From an uncultured Bordetella sp. (GTDB lineage: Bacteria > Pseudomonadota > Gammaproteobacteria > Burkholderiales > Burkholderiaceae_E): DNA of 64,000 nucleotides. The position numbers and the translations under genes are program-made. A model generated the notes under the pieces. It ran no database searches. It had not been told where the DNA came from and was given only the letters and a program-made list of their open reading frames with translations. The DNA is taken from NCBI GenBank assembly GCA_964399635.1, contig CAYNRU010000029.1, positions 879-64,878 of the forward strand, read 5' to 3'. Shown here piece after piece: positions 56,267 through 64,000 of this stretch (position 1 is the stretch's first letter; each line of letters begins with the position of its first letter).

Positions 56267-59200
56267 ATGCTGGACGATGCGCGCGGCCCGCTCGAGCCGC
56301 CAATCCGCGCCGAGATCTTCGGCCGCGAGCGCTTCGAGCAGCACGGTGCGAGCCTCGCTGCGACGCACCGGTCAGAGAGCGCGAGCTGGCGTGCTGCAAA
56401 CTTCTATCCTCGTCTGCATGCCAACATCGCCATGCTCCGCGATGCGCACCGGTACATCGGCGCACAGGCCGCGATGGGCTACGACGTCAGCCCGGCCGCG
56501 GAGTGGCTGCTGGACAACTTCCACCTGATCGAGGCGCAGCTGCGGACGATCCGGGAGGGCCTGCCGCGGCGTTACTTCCGGTCGCTGCCGCTGCTGACCG
56601 AGCCGCCGCTGGCAGGCCTGCCCCGCATCTACGGCGTCGCCTGGGCCTTTGTCGCGCACACCGACGGCGCGTTCGACGATGACCTCCTGGCAGCGTTCCT
56701 GATCGCCTACCAGCGGGTCTGCGCCCTCGACCTCGGCGAGTCCTGGGCGCTGCCCACCACGCTGCGCATCGTGCTCGTCGAGCAGTTGCGTCGTCTCGCC
56801 GAGCGCGTTGCCGCCAACAAGGCCGCGCGCGAGCTGGCCAACCTGTGCTGCGACCGACTGAGCACCATCCCGATCGAGGACCTCGCCGCCGTGCTCCGCC
56901 TGCTCGAGCACCGCGGCGTGGCACGCGTCTTCCTCGCCCAGATGGCTCAGCGGCTTCAGGACAACGCCGATCCGGGCGACCCGCTGAGCAAGCACAGGCA
57001 TTGGCTGCAGCGCGAGCTCCCCGACCCGGCTGCAGCGCGCCTGCAGCAGATCGCGGACCAGGCCGCCGACAACCTCAGCGTCGGCAACGCCGTCGGCTCG
57101 CTTCGCGTCATCGACGCCGCCGACTGGCCCGACATCGTCTCCCGCACCAGCCCGCTGATGCGTCTGATGCTCGGCTCGCCGTTGTTCGAGGCCGAGGACA
57201 CGGCGACGCGCGACCACACGCTGCACGGCATCGAACGGCTGGCGCGGCACAGCGGCCGCGGCGAGCTCGCCGTCGCGCAGGCGCTGCTCGCCTGCATGGG
57301 TGGCGCGTCCGACGCCGACGCTGCCGTCGCCGGGCACTGGCTCGGCGGCACCGGTCGGCCGGGCCTGCTGCGCGCGCTGGGGCTGCGCGAGGGGGCGCTC
57401 GCCCACGGGCGGGCGCTCGTGCGTCGCATGGCCCTGCCGATCTATCTCGGCGCGCTGCTGACGGGCACCCTCGGCCTGGTCGCCTGGGTCATGTGGCACG
57501 CCCAGGACGGCGGCGCCCCGCTTTCGGCGTGGATCCTGCTGCCGGCTGTGCTGGCGCTGTTCCCGGCGTCCGAGGCGGTGGTGGCGGTCATCAACCGACT
57601 GATCAGCGAGTCGGTGCACCCGCAACCGCTGCCGCGCCTGGCGCTCGCGCAGGGGGTTCCGCCGGAGCACCGCGTGATCGTCGTGATCCCGGCGATGCTC
57701 ACCGACCCGGCCTCGACCGAGCGCCTGGCGCGCCGGCTGTTGCTGCACCACCTCGCCAACGTCGAAGACCACACGCAGTTCGCGTTGCTGACCGACTTCA
57801 CCGACGCCGACCGGCCGACACTCGCGTCCGATGCGGCGCTGCTGGCGCATGCAGTCCAGCAGATCGTCGCGCTGAACCTCGACCATGGCGGCACGCCGGA
57901 GTGCGGCGCCGCCCCCCGCTTCATCGTGCTGCATCGCGCGCGGCGCTTCTCCGAATCCGAGCAGCGCTGGATCGGTTGGGAGCGCAAGCGAGGCAAGCTC
58001 GAGCAGCTCGTCGTCGCGCTGGCCGAAGGCCGGGCCGACGCCTTCCTGGACCTCGGCGCAGAGTCGCGCATCGCCGCCGACACGCGGCACGTCCTCACGC
58101 TCGACAGCGACACCCGCCTGCCGCCCGGGCGGCTGCGCGCACTGGTCGGCGTGGCCGCGCATCCCCGTAACCAGCCGCGCCTCGATGCGGGCGGGCGCCG
58201 CGTGGTCGCGGGCTACGGCATCCTTCAGCCGCGCGTCGCGACGCCGCTGCCAGCCGCCGGAGAGCTGACGCCGTTCCACTGGATGTTCGCCGGGCAATGC
58301 GGCATCGATCCCTACAGCGCCGCGAGCTCCGAGGTCTACCAGGACGTATTCGGCGAAGGCAGCTTCTGCGGCAAGGGCCTGCTCGACGTGCACGCGGTGC
58401 ACGCCGTGCTGTGCGGCCGACTGCCGGAGGAACGGGTTCTCAGCCACGACCTGCTGGAAGGCTCGCTGGTCCGCTGCGCGGCGGTCTCGGACATCACCGT
58501 GGTCGAGGAGGCACCGTCGCATGCCGACGTGGCGGCCGCGCGCGCGCACCGCTGGATCCGCGGCGACTGGCAGTTGCTGCCCTTCCTCGTGCGCGGTCAC
58601 CTGCGTCTGCGCGCCATCAACCGCTGGAAGATGCTCGACAACCTGCGCCGCTCGCTCGTCGCGCCCGCCTCGCTCGCGCTGCTGCTGCTCGCGCTGGCGG
58701 GGCTGGCCGGCGCGCCGCCCGTCGTGCTCGTGCTGGCGCTGATCTTGATGGCATTCGTCGCCGGCCCGCTGATGGGGGCGATGGCCGGCCTGCTGCCGAG
58801 CCGCCGCGACGTCGCCGGCTTCCACTTCGGCTACCACGCCCTGGCCGATCTGGCGCGGGCGCTGCTGGGCGGACTATGGCACCTCGCGATGCTGCCGCAG
58901 CAGGCCCTGCTCGCACTCGACGCCCTGGCGCGCACGGTATGGCGGATGGCCGTCAGCCGGCGCCACCTGCTGCAGTGGACCACCGCGGCGAGCGCGCAGG
59001 CGCGGATGAAGATGGACCTGGCGTCGGTCGTGCGCCGGCATGCGATCGAGCCCGTGGCGGCGTGCACGTTGCTGGGCGTGCTGCTGGCGATGGGCGCTGC
59101 GTCACCGCTGCTCGCCGCGGTGCTGTGCGTCCTGTGGGCCGGATCGCCGCTGTGGATCTGGTGGTCCGGCCGCGTCCGGCCGGTGGACGCGGAGGCCGTG

Positions 59201-62200
59201 CTGCCACGGCAGGATCGCGCCTACCTCGAAGGCGTCGCGCGCGACACCTGGCGGCTCTTCGAACGCTGCGTCGGCCCGGAGGACAAGCACCTGCCGCCGG
59301 ACAACCTGCAGACCGCCCCGAGCGACATGACGGCGCACCGCACCTCGCCGACGAACATCGGCATGTACCTGCTGAGCGCGGCCTGCGCGAATCGGTTCGG
59401 CTGGATCGACACGGCCGAGCTGGTGTCGCGCCTCGAGGCCACGCTCGGCACGCTTGCGACGTTGCCGCGCCACCGTGGCCATTTCCTCAACTGGTACGAC
59501 ACGCTGTCGGGTGCCGCACTGCTGCCGATGTACGTGTCCACCGTGGACAGCGGCAACCTGAGCGGCCATCTGCTCGCGGTGGCCGGGGCCTGCCGGGAGC
59601 TGGCGCGCGCGGATACCGCGGGACCACAGCTGCGCGCGTTGGCCGATCGCTGCGAGCACCTCGCGTGGGAGCCCGAGTTCGGGTTCCTCTACCACCCCAA
59701 ACGGCACCTCTTCCACATCGGCTACCGCGTCGCCGAGCAGCATCTCGATGCCGCCTTCTACGACCTGCTGGCGTCGGAGTCGCGGCTGACCAGCCTGCTC
59801 GCGATCGCCAAGGGCGAAGTGCCGATGCGACACTGGGCCGCGCTCGGCCGCCCGTTCTACGCGGTCGGCACGGTGGCGGGGCTGCGCTCGTGGTCAGGCT
59901 CGATGTTCGAGTACCTGATGCCGGGCCTGGTGCTCGACGAGCCGCCCGGCAGCGTGCTCGCCGACGCCTGCCGCGCCGCGCTGCGCGAGCAGGTGGCATT
60001 CAGCGCGGCGCTGTCGGTGCCGTGGGGCATCTCGGAGTCGGCCTACGCGGGGCGCGACCACACGCTCGCCTATCAGTACGCGCCGCATGGCGTGCCGCGC
60101 CTGGCGCTGCGCCGCACGCCGACCGACGAACTCGTGATTGCGCCGTACGCGACGGCCCTGGCGGCTCAGGTCGCCGCGCGCCGCGCCTGCGCCAATTTCG
60201 CCGCGCTCGAGGGGCTGGGCGCACGCGGGCGTTACGGCTTCATCGAGGCGCTCGACTTCTCGCCGGCCCGGCAGGCACTGGGCGCGACCTTCACACACGT
60301 GGGCACCTACATGGCGCACCACCAGGGCATGACGATCGTCGCCCTGGCCAACCTGCTGCTCGCCGGCGCGCCGCGGCGATGGGGCATGTCCCACGCGCGC
60401 CTCGAGGCCGTCTCACCGCTGCTCCACGAACGCGCGCCTCGGGAGGTCTCGACGCTGCATGCGCCACCCGAAGGCCCCCTGCCGCAGACCCTGCAGCGAG
60501 GGCCGCCCGGAATGCTGCGCGAGGTGCTGCCTGGCGCCAACGCGGTCGAGCCGACGCATGTGCTCTCCAACGGACGCTACAGCGTCACCCTGCGCGCCAA
60601 TGGCGCCGGCGAGAGCCGTTTGGGGATTGCCGGCATCTCGCGCTCGCGCGATGACGCTCTGCGCGACGCGCTAGGCAGCTTCTTGTACCTGCGCTGGGAC
60701 CGGCAACCGCGGCCCGTCTCGATCACGCAGCACCCGGCGCCCGACCCCAACGCCGTCTACCGCAGTACGTACCATGGCGATCGCGTCTGCTTCGAGGCGT
60801 CCTGGCCCGAACTGCAGGCCCACACCACGGTCTGGGTGAGCCCGGAGGACGACGTCGAGTTCCGCCAGGTCGAGCTGCGCAACCTCGGCGAACGCACGCT
60901 CGAGCTCGAGCTGCTCTCGGCCTTCGAGGTCACGCTGACCGATCCGCGCGCCGACGAAGCCCACCCGGCGTTCTCGAACCTGTTCGTGCGTGCCGCCTGG
61001 CGCAGCCCCCATCAGGCGCTGGTGTTCGAACGTACCCCCCGCCTGGGCACCCAGCAGGGCCTGTGGGCGGCGCATTTCCTGGCCGGCAGCGAGCCGCCCG
61101 TGCTCGCCGTGCAGGCACAGACCGACCGTGCGCGCTGGCTCGGTCGCAACCGCGCCGCGAGCCAGCCGCTCGCGGCCTTCGATGCGATGCCGCAGACCAC
61201 GATCCAGACCGGCCAGGCACTGGACACCGGCCTGGATCCGGTGTGCGCGCTCGCCGTGCACCTGCGCATCGAGCCGCACTCGAAGGCCCTGCTGACCTTC
61301 GCCACCGCGGCCTCCGACAACGGCGGCGTGCTCAGCGCGGTGATCGACAAGTACCGCCAGGCGAGCCACGTGCAGCGTGCCTCGCTGATGTCGGCCACGC
61401 TGACCGGCATCCGCCTGCGGGCACTGCGGATCGGCCCGGAGAGCTTCGCCGCGATCCAGTCCCTGACCACCGCGCTGGTGTGCTGCCTCGCGCGCCCGAG
61501 GTCCGCGGCCGACCGCGCGCAGGGTCCGGTGGGCGACGTGTGCGACAAGCGCGTGCTGTGGCGATTCGGCATCTCCGGCGACCGGCCGATCGTGCTGGTG
61601 TCTGCCGGTACGCGCCAGGACCTCGGGCTGCTGCGCGCGCTGTCCCAGGCGCTCGGCGTCTGGGCCTGGGGCGGCGTCGCCTGCGACCTGGTGATCGTCG
61701 ACACCGAGCCGACCTCGTACACGATGGCGCTGCACGCCGAGCTCTCCGGGATGCGCGAGCGTCACGCCGCCGACATCGCTGCGCAGGGCGGTCCCGCGGT
61801 CACCGCGATGCATGTGCTGAGGGCCGAGACGCTCTCGGGCGACGAATGGAGCACGCTCGCCCATCTGGCACGCGTGCGCCTGCGCGCCGACGGCCGGCCG
61901 CTGCTGCATCACGTGCAGGAATGGATCGACGCCCACGAGCAGGCCTTCGAGCGTCGCCACGGCACCTCGACCACGCCGGTGGCGCTGCCGTGGGCCACCG
62001 ACGCGCCGGTGCCGGCGCCGGTGGGGGGCTTCGCGCAGGGCTCAGGCGAGTTCTCGTTCGACGTCGGAGCCCGGATGCGTCCCACGCGTCCCTGGATCAA
62101 CGTGCTGGCGAACGAGGCGTTCGGCGCCCACCTCTCGGAGGTCGGCGGCGGCTACACCTGGGCGCGCAACAGCCGGCTCAACCAGCTCACCGCCTGGTCC

Positions 62201-64000
62201 AACGACCCGCTGACCGATCCGCCGTCCGAATGGTTCCTGCTGCAGGACCGGCGCACTCGCGAGGCGTGGAGCGTCGCGCCCTCGGCCTGGGGCGACGCCA
62301 ACGCCGTGTATCGCGTGTCGCACAGTGCCGGCCACAGCGTGATCGGCCACCGTCGCGGCGACCTGGAGGTCAGTGCCGCCTGGTGCGTCGACGCGCAGGC
62401 CTCGGTCAAGCAGGTGCGGCTGCGGCTGCGCAACCGCGGTGCGCGCACGCTCGAGCTGCGCGTGATCGGTATCGCCGAATGGATGATGGGCGCCCAGCGC
62501 CGCGACCGCGCGACCGCGCACACAGCGCTGTTCCGCCAGCGCCTGCCCGACGGCAGGCTGACAGCGCTGCTGTGCACCCAGCGCGAGCGTTCGGCGGGCT
62601 TCGGCGAGGGGACCGCGTTCCTCGCGCTGGCCGGGCCCGCCGACGACGAGGACGACTGGACCTGCGACCGGCGCGAGTGCTTCGATGCGCGAGGCCGCCT
62701 GGTGCTGCCCGATCACTTCGGCGAGCAGCGCGGCGGCGGACTCGATCCGTGCGCCGCGATCGCTGCCTCGGTGACGCTGGCCGCGGGCGAGTCCGTCGAG
62801 CGAGTCTTCCTCCTCGGCCATGCGGACAGCCCCGACGCGGCGCGCGCCCTCGCCACGCGCGCCGCAACGCAGCCCGCGCAGATGCGTATCGAGCAGGCCT
62901 CCTCGAGCTGGGACGCGCTGCTCGGCGCGATCACCGTGACGACGCCGGATCCGCTGTTCGATGTGATGGTCAATCGCTGGCTGCTGTACCAGACCGTGGC
63001 GTGCAGGCTCTGGGCCCGGTCCGGCTTCTATCAGGCGGGTGGTGCAACCGGCTTTCGCGACCAGCTGCAGGACGCGATGGCCCTCACCTGGGCGGCACCG
63101 CAGCACCTGCGTGCGCAGATCGTCCTGTGCGCGTCGCGCCAGTTCGTCGCCGGCGACGTACAGCACTGGTGGCACGCACCGCTCGGCGCCGGTGTACGGA
63201 CGCATTTCTCGGACGACCTGCTGTGGCTGCCTCTGGCCTGCCTGCGTTACCTGCGCGCCACCGGCGACGCCGCGCTCCTCGACGTTGCGGTGCATTTCCT
63301 AGACGGCGCCGGGATCCCCGCGGGTGCCGAGGACCTGTACGACACACCCACCGTCAGCATGCAGGCCGCGAGTGTGTACGAGCATGCCGCGCTCGCGATC
63401 GACCGCAGCCTGCGCGTCGGCGCGCACGGTCTGCCGCTGATGGGTTGCGGCGACTGGAACGACGGCATGAACCGTGTCGGCCACGAGGGCCGTGGCGAGT
63501 CGGTCTGGCTGGCCTGGTTCCTGTGCCCCATCGTCGCCGGGTTCGCGGTGCTCGCGCGGGAACGCGGCGAGACCGAACGCGCCAGCGACTGGGAGCTTGC
63601 GGCGAACGGCTGGCGGGTGGCGCTCGAGTCCCAGGCGTGGGACGGCGCCTGGTATCGCCGTGCCTTCTTCGATGACGGCAGCGCACTCGGCGCGCAGGCC
63701 AACGGCGAGGCGCGCATCGACCTGATCGCCCAGGCCTGGGCGGTGCTCTCGGGTGCGGCTCCGCCCGCGCGCCAGCGCGCCGCGATGCAGTCGGCCGATG
63801 CGCTGCTGGTGGACCGCGAGGCCGGTCTGATCCGGCTGCTCGATCCGCCGCTGGTGCAGGCGCTGCCGAGCGCCGGCTACATCCAGGCCTACCCGCCCGG
63901 CGTACGCGAGAACGGTGGTCAGTACTCGCACGCAGGCGTCTGGGCGCTGATGGCCTGGGCCGCGCTGGCCGGCAGCGACTACGCGCTGCCCGGCGACGGT
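56267..64000 (+). CDS. ndvB: Cyclic beta-1,2-glucan synthase (NdvB/ChvB/Cgs-like; GT84 plus GH94), 3'-truncated by the window
   Basis: Hand translation is in the plus frame where start mod 3 = 2. Segments seen: EPPIRAEIFGRERFEQHGASLA, SPAAEWLLDNFHLIEAQLRTIREGLPRRYF, VIVVIPAMLTD...FALLTDFTDAD, SEVYQDVFGEGSFCGKGLLDV, VWVSPEDDVEFRQVELRNLG, AHPAFSNLFV, and ENGGQYSHAGVWALMAW at 63.9 kb. The last in-frame stop is TAG at 55925-55927. The ORF is not in the track because it has no stop inside the window. Alternative starts are GTG 56237, 56210 and 56105. Confidence 0.85.
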   Translation, partial: MLDDARGPLEPPIRAEIFGRERFEQHGASLAATHRSESASWRAANFYPRLHANIAMLRDAHRYIGAQAAMGYDVSPAAEWLLDNFHLIEAQLRTIREGLPRRYFRSLPLLTEPPLAGLPRIYGVAWAFVAHTDGAFDDDLLAAFLIAYQRVCALDLGESWALPTTLRIVLVEQLRRLAERVAANKAARELANLCCDRLSTIPIEDLAAVLRLLEHRGVARVFLAQMAQRLQDNADPGDPLSKHRHWLQRELPDPAAARLQQIADQAADNLSVGNAVGSLRVIDAADWPDIVSRTSPLMRLMLGSPLFEAEDTATRDHTLHGIERLARHSGRGELAVAQALLACMGGASDADAAVAGHWLGGTGRPGLLRALGLREGALAHGRALVRRMALPIYLGALLTGTLGLVAWVMWHAQDGGAPLSAWILLPAVLALFPASEAVVAVINRLISESVHPQPLPRLALAQGVPPEHRVIVVIPAMLTDPASTERLARRLLLHHLANVEDHTQFALLTDFTDADRPTLASDAALLAHAVQQIVALNLDHGGTPECGAAPRFIVLHRARRFSESEQRWIGWERKRGKLEQLVVALAEGRADAFLDLGAESRIAADTRHVLTLDSDTRLPPGRLRALVGVAAHPRNQPRLDAGGRRVVAGYGILQPRVATPLPAAGELTPFHWMFAGQCGIDPYSAASSEVYQDVFGEGSFCGKGLLDVHAVHAVLCGRLPEERVLSHDLLEGSLVRCAAVSDITVVEEAPSHADVAAARAHRWIRGDWQLLPFLVRGHLRLRAINRWKMLDNLRRSLVAPASLALLLLALAGLAGAPPVVLVLALILMAFVAGPLMGAMAGLLPSRRDVAGFHFGYHALADLARALLGGLWHLAMLPQQALLALDALARTVWRMAVSRRHLLQWTTAASAQARMKMDLASVVRRHAIEPVAACTLLGVLLAMGAASPLLAAVLCVLWAGSPLWIWWSGRVRPVDAEAVLPRQDRAYLEGVARDTWRLFERCVGPEDKHLPPDNLQTAPSDMTAHRTSPTNIGMYLLSAACANRFGWIDTAELVSRLEATLGTLATLPRHRGHFLNWYDTLSGAALLPMYVSTVDSGNLSGHLLAVAGACRELARADTAGPQLRALADRCEHLAWEPEFGFLYHPKRHLFHIGYRVAEQHLDAAFYDLLASESRLTSLLAIAKGEVPMRHWAALGRPFYAVGTVAGLRSWSGSMFEYLMPGLVLDEPPGSVLADACRAALREQVAFSAALSVPWGISESAYAGRDHTLAYQYAPHGVPRLALRRTPTDELVIAPYATALAAQVAARRACANFAALEGLGARGRYGFIEALDFSPARQALGATFTHVGTYMAHHQGMTIVALANLLLAGAPRRWGMSHARLEAVSPLLHERAPREVSTLHAPPEGPLPQTLQRGPPGMLREVLPGANAVEPTHVLSNGRYSVTLRANGAGESRLGIAGISRSRDDALRDALGSFLYLRWDRQPRPVSITQHPAPDPNAVYRSTYHGDRVCFEASWPELQAHTTVWVSPEDDVEFRQVELRNLGERTLELELLSAFEVTLTDPRADEAHPAFSNLFVRAAWRSPHQALVFERTPRLGTQQGLWAAHFLAGSEPPVLAVQAQTDRARWLGRNRAASQPLAAFDAMPQTTIQTGQALDTGLDPVCALAVHLRIEPHSKALLTFATAASDNGGVLSAVIDKYRQASHVQRASLMSATLTGIRLRALRIGPESFAAIQSLTTALVCCLARPRSAADRAQGPVGDVCDKRVLWRFGISGDRPIVLVSAGTRQDLGLLRALSQALGVWAWGGVACDLVIVDTEPTSYTMALHAELSGMRERHAADIAAQGGPAVTAMHVLRAETLSGDEWSTLAHLARVRLRADGRPLLHHVQEWIDAHEQAFERRHGTSTTPVALPWATDAPVPAPVGGFAQGSGEFSFDVGARMRPTRPWINVLANEAFGAHLSEVGGGYTWARNSRLNQLTAWSNDPLTDPPSEWFLLQDRRTREAWSVAPSAWGDANAVYRVSHSAGHSVIGHRRGDLEVSAAWCVDAQASVKQVRLRLRNRGARTLELRVIGIAEWMMGAQRRDRATAHTALFRQRLPDGRLTALLCTQRERSAGFGEGTAFLALAGPADDEDDWTCDRRECFDARGRLVLPDHFGEQRGGGLDPCAAIAASVTLAAGESVERVFLLGHADSPDAARALATRAATQPAQMRIEQASSSWDALLGAITVTTPDPLFDVMVNRWLLYQTVACRLWARSGFYQAGGATGFRDQLQDAMALTWAAPQHLRAQIVLCASRQFVAGDVQHWWHAPLGAGVRTHFSDDLLWLPLACLRYLRATGDAALLDVAVHFLDGAGIPAGAEDLYDTPTVSMQAASVYEHAALAIDRSLRVGAHGLPLMGCGDWNDGMNRVGHEGRGESVWLAWFLCPIVAGFAVLARERGETERASDWELAANGWRVALESQAWDGAWYRRAFFDDGSALGAQANGEARIDLIAQAWAVLSGAAPPARQRAAMQSADALLVDREAGLIRLLDPPLVQALPSAGYIQAYPPGVRENGGQYSHAGVWALMAWAALAGSDYALPGDG

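Noticed and set aside
56372-63675. Long ORFs 56372..58837(-), 56845..58170(+), 58297..60654(+), 60671..61960(-), 61063..63675(+) and 62042..63295(-).
   Set aside because: All overlap the continuous NdvB-like frame that the track omitted. Their translations are Arg/Ala/Pro-rich noise.

Overview
Very GC-rich sequence (about 70% by eye, not computed). It looks like the chromosomal origin region of a betaproteobacterial (Burkholderiales-like) anoxygenic phototroph; the taxon is inference only. No rRNA, tRNA, CRISPR array, transposase or integrase was recognised.

Layout, left to right:
- 0.06-11.4 kb: a photosynthesis-cluster segment, ppaA/aerR-ppsR-crtA-crtD-crtC, then divergent crtI and bchG-(PucC-family MFS)-bchP. 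The crtI/bchG spacer holds a tandem PpsR/CrtJ-like operator.
- 11.6-18.2 kb: housekeeping or accessory enzymes (sulfatase, HAD hydrolase, RIO-type kinase, amidase, Bug/TctC binding protein, Asp/Glu-racemase-family enzyme).
- 18.2-27.6 kb: a poorly characterised block. It holds an orphan flagellar-rod-like mini protein, an operon of arylsulfatase / DUF2092 / Gln-repeat exported protein / possible small Tat peptide, a divergent 382-aa polytopic membrane protein behind two ATTGGAC-N4-GTCCAAT palindromes, and a histidine kinase with two response regulators.
- 27.7-42.2 kb: gyrB-dnaN-dnaA, then divergent rpmH-rnpA-yidD-yidC ... mnmE. A four-gene insertion sits between yidC and mnmE.
- 42.4-44.6 kb: two PEP-CTERM proteins next to a truncated TetR remnant.
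- 44.6-48.5 kb: two thiolases and a P450.
- 49.1-54.9 kb: a putative membrane-lipid or glycolipid locus (Psd-like, extended HemL-like aminotransferase, DUF962-like protein, GT4, MGDG-synthase-like GT).
- 55.0-64.0 kb: a Crp/Fnr regulator and a giant cyclic beta-1,2-glucan synthase (NdvB-like) gene. This gene is absent from the supplied ORF track because it runs off the window end.

Many long track ORFs are antisense or off-frame shadows typical of high-GC DNA and were not called. I cannot show that any system here is novel. The best candidates are the sulfatase/palindrome/two-component block and the lipid locus.
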